Assembly: GCA_047601445.1 (NCBI GenBank)
Contig: JASGJH010000001.1
Coordinates: forward strand, 4,288,001-4,352,000
From: Myxococcales bacterium
GTDB taxonomy: Bacteria > Myxococcota_A > Polyangia > Polyangiales > DASUME01
DNA: 64,000 bases
Direction: 5' to 3'
Both the position numbers and the translations under genes were made by a program. Positions 19,972-30,214 of the stretch are shown here, piece by piece; the stretch's first letter is position 1, and every line of letters starts with the position of its first letter. A model generated the notes under the pieces. That model saw nothing but the letters and a program-made list of their open reading frames with translations. It did not search any database and was not told where the DNA came from.

Positions 19972-21945
19972 ATGGGGGAGGCGGACCGCCAACGGATCGA
20001 GGCCCTTGAGAAGGAGAACGCTGCCATGCGCCTCCGGATCGCGGAGCTGCAGCGCGGGGCCGAGAGGGACGCGCACACCGTTGGAACTACCCTGTTCGAG
20101 CGAGAGGAGCTGCTCCGGGACGCGGAGCGCGTAGCGCACCTGGGGACGTGGACCTGGGACGTGGCCAGCGGTCAGGCCACGTGGTCCGACGAGCTGTATC
20201 GCATTCTCGGTCACGAGCCCGCGAGCGTCGTGCCGTCGCCAGAAGCCTTTCTCGGCCAAGTCCACCACGAGGACCGAGCGATGGTGCAAGCTGAGATGTC
20301 GCGGTCGATGAATACCGGTGTCGCCCGCGCTTCAGCCTTTCGCATCGTGCGACCGGACGGGTCCACGAGGCATGCCACGGGGTCGTCCGTCATGCTGTAC
20401 GATGCAGCAGGGGCGGTCCGGCGCATGGTGGGCGGCGTGCTCGATCGGACCGACAGTCTGGAAGCCGAGGCGAAGATGCGCCGAACGCTCGCATTGCTCG
20501 AGGAAGCACAGCGCTTTGCACACCTGGGCAGCTGGCGCTTCGCTCCGAGCACGGGCGAGCTCGAGTGGTCGCAAGAGTTTTGCCGCATCGCCGGACTCGA
20601 TGACGACGTGAAACCGCGCGTGGAGCAATTCTTCGACCGTCTGGTACCCGAGGATCGACCGCGTTTCGAGGCGAGCTATCGGGCGGCGCATCAGTCCCTT
20701 GTCATCCCCGAGATCGAGGGGCGCCTGAAGCGGCCAGATGGCACGGTGCGACACGTCCGTTTGACGGCTTTTGCGGTGGATGGAGCGGACGGCCGACGCG
20801 AACTGCGCGGCACCATGCTGGATACGACCGACCAGGTCTTGTTGCGGGAAGAGCTCGCCCAGTCGCAGAAGATGGAAGCCGTGGGCAGGTTGGCCGGCGG
20901 CATCGCTCACGACTTCAACAACATGCTCACGGTCATCCTCGCCAACCTCGATCTGTTGGCCATGCGCGTCGGGTCGTCGGTCGAGATCGACAGCTCGCTG
21001 CAGGCCTTGAGTTCGGCGGCCAACCTCACGCGCAGGCTATTGGCCTTCGGTCGCAAGGCGCAGCTTTCTCTCAAGCTGGTGGCTCCGAACGTGCTCGTCC
21101 GCTCGATGACCGCATTGATGCAGCGACTGGTCGGCGACGAGGTCCGGCTCGAGATCGCTCTTGCCCCCGATCTCCCTGAAGTACGCATCGATCCACTCGA
21201 AATGGAGCGAGCGCTGGTCAATCTCGTCGTCAACGCGCGGGATGCCATGCCGGGCGGTGGCGCCGTGTACATCACCACGGGCGCACGCGAGGTCGACGGA
21301 GTACTCGAAGTCGAGCTCATGGTCGGAGACGAGGGACCGGGCATCGACGAGGCCGTTCGTCCGCACATCTTCGAGCCCTTCTTCACCACGCGCAGCGACG
21401 CCGGCGGCACGGGTCTCGGACTCGCCACCGTGCTCGGCACGGCCGAACAGCACGGCGGCACGGTGCGCGTGGCTTCTCGCGCAGGCGGAGGAACCGTCTT
21501 CACCATCGCCCTTCCCGCCGCCGCAGTCGATGACAGGACGGTGGCCCCGAGACGCCCCGGGCGCCGCGCCGACAGCCTGCGCCCGCTCGAGGTTCTCGTC
21601 ATCGACGACGAAGCAAACGTCGCCGCGGTAACGCGGCGAACGCTCGAGGCGCGGGGGCACACGGTGCGCATTGCGACGGATCCGGAAGAAGCACTACACG
21701 TTTGGGCCGAACACGGGACCTCCATCGACCTCATCATCTGCGACATCGTGATGGCCAAGATGCGTGGGCCAGCGCTCGTCGAACGCATGGGCGATGTAGG
21801 CGTCAAGCCGCGCGTACTTTTCATGACGGGTTACAGCGAGGAGGCTGCGCAGCGAGCGCTCGGTCACCCCGTGTTAGCCAAACCCTTCACGGCCCGTGAA
21901 CTGATCGCCGCCATCGGCGAAGCGATCGGAGAGCGCAGCGACTGA
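19972..21945 (+). CDS. Cytoplasmic hybrid histidine kinase (PAS-PAS-HisKA-HATPase-REC)
   Basis: Two PAS_3-type repeats (LGTWTWD..WSDE; LGSWRF..WSQE); GGIAHDFNN; NARDAM; EPFFTT; GTGLGL; REC IDDE/CD/KPF. Confidence 0.93.
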   Translation: MGEADRQRIEALEKENAAMRLRIAELQRGAERDAHTVGTTLFEREELLRDAERVAHLGTWTWDVASGQATWSDELYRILGHEPASVVPSPEAFLGQVHHEDRAMVQAEMSRSMNTGVARASAFRIVRPDGSTRHATGSSVMLYDAAGAVRRMVGGVLDRTDSLEAEAKMRRTLALLEEAQRFAHLGSWRFAPSTGELEWSQEFCRIAGLDDDVKPRVEQFFDRLVPEDRPRFEASYRAAHQSLVIPEIEGRLKRPDGTVRHVRLTAFAVDGADGRRELRGTMLDTTDQVLLREELAQSQKMEAVGRLAGGIAHDFNNMLTVILANLDLLAMRVGSSVEIDSSLQALSSAANLTRRLLAFGRKAQLSLKLVAPNVLVRSMTALMQRLVGDEVRLEIALAPDLPEVRIDPLEMERALVNLVVNARDAMPGGGAVYITTGAREVDGVLEVELMVGDEGPGIDEAVRPHIFEPFFTTRSDAGGTGLGLATVLGTAEQHGGTVRVASRAGGGTVFTIALPAAAVDDRTVAPRRPGRRADSLRPLEVLVIDDEANVAAVTRRTLEARGHTVRIATDPEEALHVWAEHGTSIDLIICDIVMAKMRGPALVERMGDVGVKPRVLFMTGYSEEAAQRALGHPVLAKPFTARELIAAIGEAIGERSD

Positions 21946-22130
21946 ACTGCGCGCATCGGGCTCCATGAACCAGGACGCCCGCAGCGATCACCCTGAGCCA
22001 CTAACTCTCGACAACGACAAGATTTACGCCTCATCAACGCCCGACGACATTGCCCCTGCAACGAAGATTCTGCACGCGGCGCAGATCTTTTTGGCGGCCT
22101 CCACGTCGATTGGCGAACGGAGTAATCGGG

Positions 22131-23606
22131 ATGAGCCAGAACGAAGGCACGGGGCACGGGGCACCACCGAAGGCACCGGGTGGACGCCCGGGTGCGATGA
22201 CCATGGCCATGCAGGCCGTGAACACCAAGCCGCTCGGCCCGAAAGTGCTGCGCATCGGGGTGATTCAAGGCGGCAAAATCGTCCAAGAGCGCATCGTCCG
22301 CAAGCGCGAGACCGTGACGGTTGGTAGCTCCGAGCACAATCACTTCGTGCTCAGTGCCGCGGGAGGAGCGCCGCGCTTCGAGCTCTTCCAGCTCATCGGC
22401 AACGACTACATCCTCAATTTCACAGAGTCGATGTCGGGCCGCGTTGGACTGCCGGCGGGCGTTCAGACACTCGAGCAGCTGCGTAGTTCCGGTGCGGCGC
22501 GCAACGCCGGGACGCACTGGCAGGTGAAGCTCAACGACAATTCGCGCGGCAAGGTCGTTATCGGCGATGTGACGCTGCTCTTTCAGTTCGTGACGGCCCC
22601 TCCCGTTCAACCTCGCCCGCAATTGCCGGCCGCGGCACGCGGTGGCCTGGCCAAGAGCGTCGATTGGATGTTCACGGCGTTCGTGCTGTTCTCCTTCATG
22701 GGACACTTCGGCCTGGTGGTGTACTTGGAGAACACCGACTGGCCCCTCGAGCAAGGCCTCGGCGTGATCCCCAAGCAATACATTCCTTTGGTCATGATCG
22801 AAGAGCCCGAACCGGAGAAGGCTCCGACCATCGACGATGGACATACCCAAGACACCGTGGCCGAGCCAACCCCTGCGCCGAGCAAGCCCGTCGAAAAACC
22901 GCGTGGCGAAAGCGACCAGGCCAGGCCCGGCAACCAGAAAGACAGCGCTGGCGACGTCGGCAAGGTTGCCGACCGGATCGCCGAGGAAGCGGGGAATGCT
23001 GCCGAAGCCATGCTGCTCGGTGCGCTGAGCGTAGACCAAGGTGGCGCGCTCAAGAACGTCTTGGCCGGCGGCGCGATCATGGGGAATGCCGCGGATATCT
23101 TGGCCGAGGCGGAGGGCGTGGGCATCGCGAACGGAGCGGCCGGCGCCGTCAAGATGCGCAGCGGCAGCGGCAACGGCGGCAGGGTTGGAGACCTGGGCCG
23201 CCTCGTTTCCGCAGGCGGCAGTGGCACCATCGGAGACGGGAACGGGCCCGTCGAAGGCCCGCTGCGCGGCACCTTCAAGCCCATGACTGGCGACACCATC
23301 GGCGGCAGTGGCGACTTCGACCCCAAGTTCGTGATCGCCATGATCCGGCAGCGACAAGCCGCCATCAAGGCGTGCTACGAGCACCGCTTGCGCGCGAACT
23401 CGGCGCTCGAGGGCAAGCTTGCCGTTCAGTTCACCATCGAAGAATCCGGCACGATCTCCAAGCCGAGCGTGACCGAGAACAGCACCAACGACGCGGAACT
23501 CGCGGCGTGCGTCCTCGGAGTGATCAAGAACTTCCGCTTCAACCCGGGGCCCGCGGGAGGTAGCGTGATGTTCTCCTTCCCCTTCGTGTTCTCGCGGCAG
23601 AACTGA
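22131..23606 (+). CDS. GltG/PglI-like protein (FHA-like, TM, Gly-rich linker, TonB-like C-terminal domain)
   Basis: VLRIGVIQGGKIVQER, RGKVVIGDVTLLFQFV; TM; IKACYE...LEGKLAVQFTI...ACV...FPFVF. Confidence 0.8.
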   Translation: MSQNEGTGHGAPPKAPGGRPGAMTMAMQAVNTKPLGPKVLRIGVIQGGKIVQERIVRKRETVTVGSSEHNHFVLSAAGGAPRFELFQLIGNDYILNFTESMSGRVGLPAGVQTLEQLRSSGAARNAGTHWQVKLNDNSRGKVVIGDVTLLFQFVTAPPVQPRPQLPAAARGGLAKSVDWMFTAFVLFSFMGHFGLVVYLENTDWPLEQGLGVIPKQYIPLVMIEEPEPEKAPTIDDGHTQDTVAEPTPAPSKPVEKPRGESDQARPGNQKDSAGDVGKVADRIAEEAGNAAEAMLLGALSVDQGGALKNVLAGGAIMGNAADILAEAEGVGIANGAAGAVKMRSGSGNGGRVGDLGRLVSAGGSGTIGDGNGPVEGPLRGTFKPMTGDTIGGSGDFDPKFVIAMIRQRQAAIKACYEHRLRANSALEGKLAVQFTIEESGTISKPSVTENSTNDAELAACVLGVIKNFRFNPGPAGGSVMFSFPFVFSRQN

Positions 23607-23649
23607 CGGGGCGGCAAAAACCACGCGGGCGTGCTAGCGCGCACGTTGT

Positions 23650-24429
23650 ATGTCGAAGAAACGTCGGAGACGGCGGAGGCCCAGCGGACGCTCCGAACTC
23701 ATGGAGATGCGGGAACGCCTCTTGGCGACGAGCTTTCCGCGCATCCAGATGGTCGCCATCCTGATCCTGGCGGGCTTGGGGGCTTTTCTGAGCTCGGCCC
23801 TGCTCCTCCGGCTCGGCTTCGACGGCATGGCATCGCGCTACGCCCTGGCGGCATTGTTTGGTTACCTCGCCTTCCTGGGGCTGGTGCGGCTGTGGATCAG
23901 CTACCAGCAAAGCAGCCTGTCCCTCGACGGACTCGACGTCCCGGATCTAGCGAACATCGAGCTCCCCAACGTCAATCTCGGAGGTCTCGGTGACGGCTCC
24001 GACGCGTTGGCGCGTGCCGCAGATTCGTTCGAAGGCGGAGGCGGCTCGTTCGGAGGAGCTGGCGCGAGTGGCTCCTGGGGCGCACCCGAATCAAGCAGTA
24101 GCTTCGACCTGGACGGCGTGGACTTCGACGAAGCATGGCCCATCGTGCTCGCCGTGGTGGCCTTGCTGGCAGGTGTGGCAGCAGTGGGTTTCGTGATCTG
24201 GTCGTCGCCGATCATGTTCGCCGAGGTGCTGCTCGACGCCGCCGTCGTCGGTGCAGTGTTCAAGCGCGCCCGTCGCCGCGAGCGGCGCCACTGGGTGCAC
24301 GGTGTGTTACGTCGCACGTGGATCCCGGGACTCTTACTGGCCCTGTTCGCCGCCCTCGGCGGGTTCGCCCTCCAGACGGCAGAACCCCAAGCGCGCACGT
24401 TAGGTGAGGTGATTCACGCGAACGAATGA
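23650..24429 (+). CDS. Multi-pass membrane protein with Gly-rich loop
   Basis: Several TM helices; GGGGSFGGAGASGSW motif; start may be 23701 or 23707. Confidence 0.7.
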   Translation: MSKKRRRRRRPSGRSELMEMRERLLATSFPRIQMVAILILAGLGAFLSSALLLRLGFDGMASRYALAALFGYLAFLGLVRLWISYQQSSLSLDGLDVPDLANIELPNVNLGGLGDGSDALARAADSFEGGGGSFGGAGASGSWGAPESSSSFDLDGVDFDEAWPIVLAVVALLAGVAAVGFVIWSSPIMFAEVLLDAAVVGAVFKRARRRERRHWVHGVLRRTWIPGLLLALFAALGGFALQTAEPQARTLGEVIHANE

Positions 24430-24498
24430 CCGATTCATCATCGACGAGCGCGGCTTGTTAAAGAAAGGCACGCTTTGCGCTTGGGGCTCGCGTCCCCC

Positions 24499-25032
24499 TC
24501 ATCGATCCGCGTAGCAGAGCACATCGCGCCCCCCAAACCGCACTCTCTCTGGGCCATCCCATGCCTCAAGTACGTCGTGAAGCCGGTCATAGTTGGACAG
24601 CAGGTCCTCGATACCAAGCGGCTTGAACGGATCCAGCGCAGGATGCTCTACGAGACTGAGGTCCAGGCGATAAGCGATCCCCCTGTGTAGGGTGATGTTT
24701 TCCATGCAATGCGTGTGGAACTCCCCAACACGCTCCAGCGCCAGGGACCGAAGTTCTGCAGGCGGCGTGTCCCCTGGGACGATCATCTCGACCTTGCCCC
24801 CGTCGTTGAGCTCAACGCGCAAGCTCAGCACGTCGGGCTCGCCTGCCCACTCGGCCATTTGGATGACGTCTGCCGACCGTACCATCGGCAGACCGCGCGC
24901 GAACCACAACAGGCGAAGATACGTCCGGTTGAAGAACCACGGCGCCGGAAAGTAGGCGTTCCAGGCTAGGCCAGCCGCTGCGAACAACCCGACCAAGACC
25001 ATACCAGTGCGCTTCTTCCAGTGAGCTACCAT
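24499..25032 (-). CDS. Hypothetical protein with N-terminal membrane anchor
   Basis: Single TM followed by a globular region; fills the gap between neighbours. Confidence 0.5.
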   Translation of the reverse strand: MVAHWKKRTGMVLVGLFAAAGLAWNAYFPAPWFFNRTYLRLLWFARGLPMVRSADVIQMAEWAGEPDVLSLRVELNDGGKVEMIVPGDTPPAELRSLALERVGEFHTHCMENITLHRGIAYRLDLSLVEHPALDPFKPLGIEDLLSNYDRLHDVLEAWDGPERVRFGGRDVLCYADR

Positions 25033-25274
25033 GTGGATCCCAGTTGTAGCGCGCGGCACGGTAGAACGTTCGCAGCGACGCCTTCGGAAATGACTACGCC
25101 ACCATCCGTGACCGAGATGGCATGAACGGTGGTAGCCCGTCCGAAGCCATGGTCATTTCATACGAATGCGCTGCGCACTCTCTCTCCACCTGTGCATGGA
25201 GTCTGCAAACCGATATAGAGCACCGACCGATCGCGACACGGACTTTCCGTGCCGCGGTGGCATCGAGGAGAACC

Positions 25275-26054
25275 ATGCTCGCCGCCCCCGTCAAAACGCC
25301 GCCGCCGCCGCCGTCGACACCGAGCGATCAAGTCATGGAGATTGCGCGCGTACTCGAGTCCTACGCGCGCCGCTTCGAGCAACAGAGGGATAGCCGGGCC
25401 ATCTTCACGACTGCCTACGTGCACCTGAGTCGGGAGCTGGCCGACGCATTGAAGACCGACACCTTCGACGATCCGGTTTGGATAGCGCAGCTGGCCCAAG
25501 TCTTCGTGCGCTACTACTTCGATGCCATCCATGCCTACGACGGGCACTGCCTGGCCCAGGGGGCCTGGGCCACGGTTTTCCGAGCGCTCGAACAGCGTAG
25601 GACCTCGGTGCTGGAGGATCTCGTGCTGGGCATGACGGCCCACATCGTGAACGACCTGCCACAAGCCCTGTGCGAGGTCGGTATGGTGGGGCCAGATGGC
25701 GTCTCCCGCGTGCGGGACTTTCACACGATGAACGACGTTCTGGGCAGGGCCATCGGCAAGGTGCAGAAAGCGGTCGAGGATCGCTACGACGGCAGCCTCG
25801 GCTTTCTCGACCGGGTGCTCGAGAGCTACGACGAGGTCCTGACGAACTACGGCCTGCGGATTTCTCGCGCGGCCGGCTGGTACAACGCGGTGCGCCTGAT
25901 GGAGAGCGGAGATCGCCAGGCCATCCTGGACTCGCTCAGCCGCAGTCCCGCAATTACCCTGAACAGACTGCTCGAACCACCGGTCTGGTCGCTGCGCCTG
26001 CTGGTCCGGGGCTCGCGTCTGGTCTCGCGTGTCTGTCGCCGCTGGCCCGAATGA
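25275..26054 (+). CDS. DUF5995-family protein
   Basis: D.RAIF..AY, FDDP.W, F..YYFDA, LGMTAHIVNDLP, DF..MNDVL; GAGGAG RBS. Confidence 0.75.
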   Translation: MLAAPVKTPPPPPSTPSDQVMEIARVLESYARRFEQQRDSRAIFTTAYVHLSRELADALKTDTFDDPVWIAQLAQVFVRYYFDAIHAYDGHCLAQGAWATVFRALEQRRTSVLEDLVLGMTAHIVNDLPQALCEVGMVGPDGVSRVRDFHTMNDVLGRAIGKVQKAVEDRYDGSLGFLDRVLESYDEVLTNYGLRISRAAGWYNAVRLMESGDRQAILDSLSRSPAITLNRLLEPPVWSLRLLVRGSRLVSRVCRRWPE

Positions 26055-26071
26055 AGGAGCCTGCGCACGGT

Positions 26072-27348
26072 CTAGCCCTGCGACACGAGGTTCGCCTCGG
26101 GACGCCGGCGCTCGCCGCGCGCCAAGTAGGCCGCCAGCTCGGTGCGCGACCCGACTCGAAGCTTTCGGTAAATGCTGGCGAGCTGGTTCGCCACAGTGCG
26201 CTCGGCGACGCCGCGAACCTGAGCGATCTGACGGTAGGTATGGCCTTCGGCAATGTGGATGGCGACGCACAGCTCGCTGGTGGTCAGGAGCTCGGCAGAC
26301 AGCTGATGGGCATCGTTGCGCGCAGCCGAGCTCGTCATCACCAGCAGCCGCCCGTGTTCGTCACAGATGCGCCACGCGTCTCCGGTCAAGTCGCGCCAGA
26401 AGAGCGGCAGCTCGGAGCGGCTGTTCAGTCCGAACTTTGTCAGGACACTGGCGAGCGCGGTCGCAACGCTGGACATACTCACCCCGAGGTCACCGGCAAT
26501 CTCCTTGTTCAGGTTGCCCAACGCCGCCAGTGCGGCGACGTCGCGCTCCTGCGGGGTGAGGCCGCGCGGATCCACGAGGCCGGCGGGGTTGCGGTAGGCG
26601 ACCACGTAGCGTCGCCCGTCCGTGTCGAAGCGGTCCACCAGCGACCAACGCCCCGACAGCAGCGCATCCGTGCCCCCGGGCACGGCCTCCCCTCGGTCGT
26701 CGGCGCTGCGTCGGACCGCCTCCCGCAGGAGCTCGATGGCTTCCGGCTCGCGCGCCATTCCAGCTGCCTTTTGACAGCGCCCGTCGGTCTCGAACACGGC
26801 CTCCGCTGCCTCGCCGTCGAGCGAGCAGGTGTCTACTGCGCGCCGCAAGCGCAGCCCAGCACCGACGTGCACACCCAGCCCCCGAACGACCATCAGATAC
26901 GTGGGCGACCAGCGGATGGTCTGCGCGCTCGGGGCGACCACCATGAGACCGCGATTAACACCGTCGTTGACGCAGAATCCGGCCGCATCCCGCGCGCCCA
27001 TCGGACGCGCGCTTTGCTGCAGGGTGTCGTACTCTCCCTCCTCGTAGTAGCCGCTGCTGCTATCGAGGTACCGCTTGTTGAAGAACGCTTCACGCAGCTT
27101 CCCCCCGCCAGGCGGAAAGAGAGCCGCAGCACCAGGGAATGCAGTGGGTGCGCACCCCGATTGATGACCTCGAGCAAGCGCGGTCTGTCAGACGAGAGGT
27201 CTACCAGCGTAAACAGAGTGCCATGTCCAAGCTCGACCAGATCCCCGAGCCCAGCGTGCACCCGCTCGATCCAGTTCGACCAATCGCCATCGACTCGGTA
27301 GACGGCCCGCAACACGTCCCTGCGCCCCTGATGGATCGAGCTACGCAT
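26072..27348 (-). pseudogene. LuxR-family regulator with two HTH domains, frameshifted at a G6 run (probable assembly error)
   Basis: ORF from 27348 joins the 26072..27001 frame if one G is added at C-run 27101-27106 (LAGG-KLREAFFNK...PMGARD); LTPQERDV..NKEIA and LTTSE..YRQIA..TVANQLASIYRKL. Confidence 0.75.
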
Positions 27349-27437
27349 TCCAATCTTCCCCGCATCAAACCAAACTGCTACATGTGCAGCACAGCAAGCT
27401 TACCTGGCCGAGCGTAAGGCCAGAAGAGGATTAGTCG

Positions 27438-29222
27438 ATGCCTCCAGTGATCAGAGTGTTCGGCGCCGGTGTCGCCGGCCTGACCGTGGCGCACGAGTTG
27501 GCCGCGCGCGGCATGCGTGTGATCGTGCACGAGCCCGACCGCATCGGCGGTAAGGCCGCCAGTCAGTTCGACGGTGACCTGCCAGGCGAGCATGGCTTCC
27601 GTTTCTTTGCCGGCTGGTATCTACATCTCACCAGTCTGCTCTCCCGCATCTCGACTGAGTCGGTCGCTGCGGACCCCGCTGCGGCGCTGGTCCAGGCACG
27701 GAAAGACGGCTTCGCCAACAGCGTCAAGGAGCGGCTGCAGCCCGTGGAGTACACATGGGGCTGCTGGGCGGGTCAGCCCGCCACGGCCGCCCTCCAGATC
27801 GCGCGCGCACCGGGGCAATGGCTGGAGTTCGTGCGGGGACTCTTCTCGCTGGTGCAGGGCATTTCACCCGCAGAGTTGCAGTCCTTCGTGGCCTTCAAGT
27901 CCCTGAGGCTCGCCCAGTTCTTCTTCACGCCACCGAGCCAGCGCCATCAACGATTCGACCACCTGTCCCTGGCCGAGTTCCTCGACATCAAGACCGACTC
28001 GGATATCGGTCTGGCACTGCGCCGCATCCCGAAGGCGCTGGTCGCCATGGACGGTTTCGCCGGCAGCTGCACCACGTTTCTAAACGCCTGCATGTTGAAC
28101 CAGGCTCCGAGCTGGAACCCGGACATGCCCCTCGACCGTGTGCTGAAGGGCCCCACCAGCAAGGCCTGGATCGAGCCCTGGGTCGCCATGCTCGAGGAGC
28201 TCGGTGTCACGTTCGACAAGAACGACGTGGCCCTCGACAGCATCGAGCTCGGCCCCGACGGCCTGGTGAGGAGGGCTCTCAGCGTGCTCGGCAATGAGCT
28301 CAAGGCGGACGCCTTCGTGCTCGCATTGCCGATCGACCACCTCAAGGATGTGTTCGTCCGGTCTCAGCTGCCGAGTCGCCCTGACTTGGACAAGCTGCTC
28401 AATGCGGACGTGGATGGTACGACAGCCTGGATGGTGGGTCTGCAACTCTATCTCACGCAGGCCACACCGTTGCATGCCGGTCACATGTTCGCGATCGATA
28501 GTCAGTACGGACTGACCGCGCTTGACCAGACCAAGGTCTGGAGCGACGAGTACGTGCAAGCCCTGGCCGCCAAGGATCCGAGCATCAAGGGTCTGATCTC
28601 CGCCATCGTCACGCAGTGGGAGAGCCACCCGGACGCCCCCAATGCGCCCAAGTATCCTTTGCCCAAGGACATCGACGACCGCGCCACGTTGCTCGATCAC
28701 GCCATCACGCAACTGGCGGCCTGTCGCTCGCCCAAGGACGAGCCGCTGTTCGACCCGAACGCGGTGTTCCACAAGCGCGTCGACGACAACGTCGACCTCG
28801 CCATGCCCCAGAAGAACAAGACCCGCATGCTCATTCACCCGCCCGGCGGCTGGCAGCGGCGCCCCACGGCCAGGACGAGCGTTCCCAATCTCTTCTTGGC
28901 GTCGGACTTCGTCAAGAACCCCGCCGACCTCGCGACGATGGAAGGCGCTTGCGCCGCGGGCAGCATCGCGGCCAACGCCATCCTCAGCTACCTGAACGTT
29001 GCCCCCGACGTGCAAGTCCACGACCTGGTGTCCGAGCTCGAGCCCAGCTGGCTCACCACGACGCGCAATACCTTCTCGTTGTTCACTGGCACGCTGGGCA
29101 TCAGCGAGGACGAAGCGCTCGCGCGCCTGCTCCCGGCCGATTCGGGAGACGCCGACAGGATGCGCGAGGCGACCAACACGCTGTTCAACCCCAACACGGA
29201 CTTTTCCAAGCTTCTAAAGTGA
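27438..29222 (+). CDS. FAD-dependent oxidoreductase (COG3349 / carotenoid-squalene desaturase-like)
   Basis: GAGVAGL, IGGKA, GEHGFRFF, NLFLASDFV, ATMEGA. Confidence 0.85.
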   Translation: MPPVIRVFGAGVAGLTVAHELAARGMRVIVHEPDRIGGKAASQFDGDLPGEHGFRFFAGWYLHLTSLLSRISTESVAADPAAALVQARKDGFANSVKERLQPVEYTWGCWAGQPATAALQIARAPGQWLEFVRGLFSLVQGISPAELQSFVAFKSLRLAQFFFTPPSQRHQRFDHLSLAEFLDIKTDSDIGLALRRIPKALVAMDGFAGSCTTFLNACMLNQAPSWNPDMPLDRVLKGPTSKAWIEPWVAMLEELGVTFDKNDVALDSIELGPDGLVRRALSVLGNELKADAFVLALPIDHLKDVFVRSQLPSRPDLDKLLNADVDGTTAWMVGLQLYLTQATPLHAGHMFAIDSQYGLTALDQTKVWSDEYVQALAAKDPSIKGLISAIVTQWESHPDAPNAPKYPLPKDIDDRATLLDHAITQLAACRSPKDEPLFDPNAVFHKRVDDNVDLAMPQKNKTRMLIHPPGGWQRRPTARTSVPNLFLASDFVKNPADLATMEGACAAGSIAANAILSYLNVAPDVQVHDLVSELEPSWLTTTRNTFSLFTGTLGISEDEALARLLPADSGDADRMREATNTLFNPNTDFSKLLK

Positions 29223-29286
29223 CGCTGCGCCGGCCCGGGACGTAAGCGCTCGGCTGCCACTTCCGCAGCTTCGCCATGCTCAAGGC

Positions 29287-29685
29287 TCAGCGCCGGCGCT
29301 TCGTTCCACGGACGCGAAGGCGCACCCTGATGCAGTAGGCGACGCCGACCACGGCTGCGAGAAACGCGGCGAGATAGGTCCCCGCGATGTTGGCGTGAGG
29401 GCCATCCAGGACGCTCACGCACATCGCTGCCATGAAGGCCGCCGGCAAAGCGACCAACGCCATGACGCAGCAGAGCAACACGTGAAGCCAACGAGGGATG
29501 TTGTCATCGGCGTAGAAGGCGGCCACGACAGGAGTCGAGACAGCGATCAGGGCCAAAATCGGCATTCCGAGGATCGGTAGGGCAAGCCTCGTGTCCGAGG
29601 CATAGGCGTGCGCTGGCTGCACCAGCGACAACACGATAAGCACCACGTGCCCGCCGTGGCGGCCGTCGCCCCCGTCTCCCTTCAC
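29287..29685 (-). CDS. Small membrane protein
   Basis: 3-4 hydrophobic segments, basic C-terminus; start uncertain. Confidence 0.45.
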   Translation of the reverse strand: MKGDGGDGRHGGHVVLIVLSLVQPAHAYASDTRLALPILGMPILALIAVSTPVVAAFYADDNIPRWLHVLLCCVMALVALPAAFMAAMCVSVLDGPHANIAGTYLAAFLAAVVGVAYCIRVRLRVRGTKRRR

Positions 29686-29743
29686 CCACCAACCTCCCCC
29701 GCGTCAACAGCACCCTAACGTGCTCTGCGTCGGAAGGACAGGT

Positions 29744-30076
29744 CTAAGGGGCGCCCTCTCCAGCTTGCTCGGCGAGGATGTAGCGTAGGAGCAGCTCGGT
29801 CTGCGCGTCGTCCAAGTGGGCCTTCTTGCCCATGCGCTTGGTGATCGAGGGCCACGCGTCCGCGTCAACCTTGTGCAGGTCGGGATAGCCATGGCACTTG
29901 TTGCAGTTGCCCACGAACAGCGACCGTCCGGCGTCGAGCGACTCGGAGGTGGAGTCCGGCCAGCGCGAGGTGGCCGCCTGGAGCGTTGCAGGACTGACGG
30001 GACCTGGCGCGGGCCCTTTGGCCGGATAGCAACCAGCGAGGACCAGTACAGCAGTCGATGCAGTAAGTGCTTTCAT
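29744..30076 (-). CDS. Monoheme cytochrome c lipoprotein
   Basis: Lipobox LAGC; GRSLF..NCNKCHG; W...RM axial Met; GGAGG RBS. Confidence 0.85.
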   Translation of the reverse strand: MKALTASTAVLVLAGCYPAKGPAPGPVSPATLQAATSRWPDSTSESLDAGRSLFVGNCNKCHGYPDLHKVDADAWPSITKRMGKKAHLDDAQTELLLRYILAEQAGEGAP

Positions 30077-30144
30077 GCTCGAGCCTCCATTGAGACGTTC
30101 ACTCTGGGACCCGAGAGGTGCTCTTTCAACGCTGCGTCGTCTCC

Positions 30145-30160
30145 AGGCACTGCCTTTGCA
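30145..30160 (+). promoter_or_regulatory. Putative sigma-54 promoter
   Basis: AGGCACTGCCTTTGCA = GG-N10-GC, near consensus, about 55 bp upstream of ATG 30215. Confidence 0.55.
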
Positions 30161-30214
30161 ACGAGTGGTGCGTCTCCACACGACGAACCGCCGTCGAGAA
30201 AAGTGAGTCGTCCG

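Noticed and set aside
21864..23624. Long antisense/shadow ORFs (also 15437-16882, 25670-27301, 42461-43609, 44401-46125, 48059-49336)
   Set aside because: Typical high-GC shadow frames opposite or overlapping well-supported genes; no recognisable motifs
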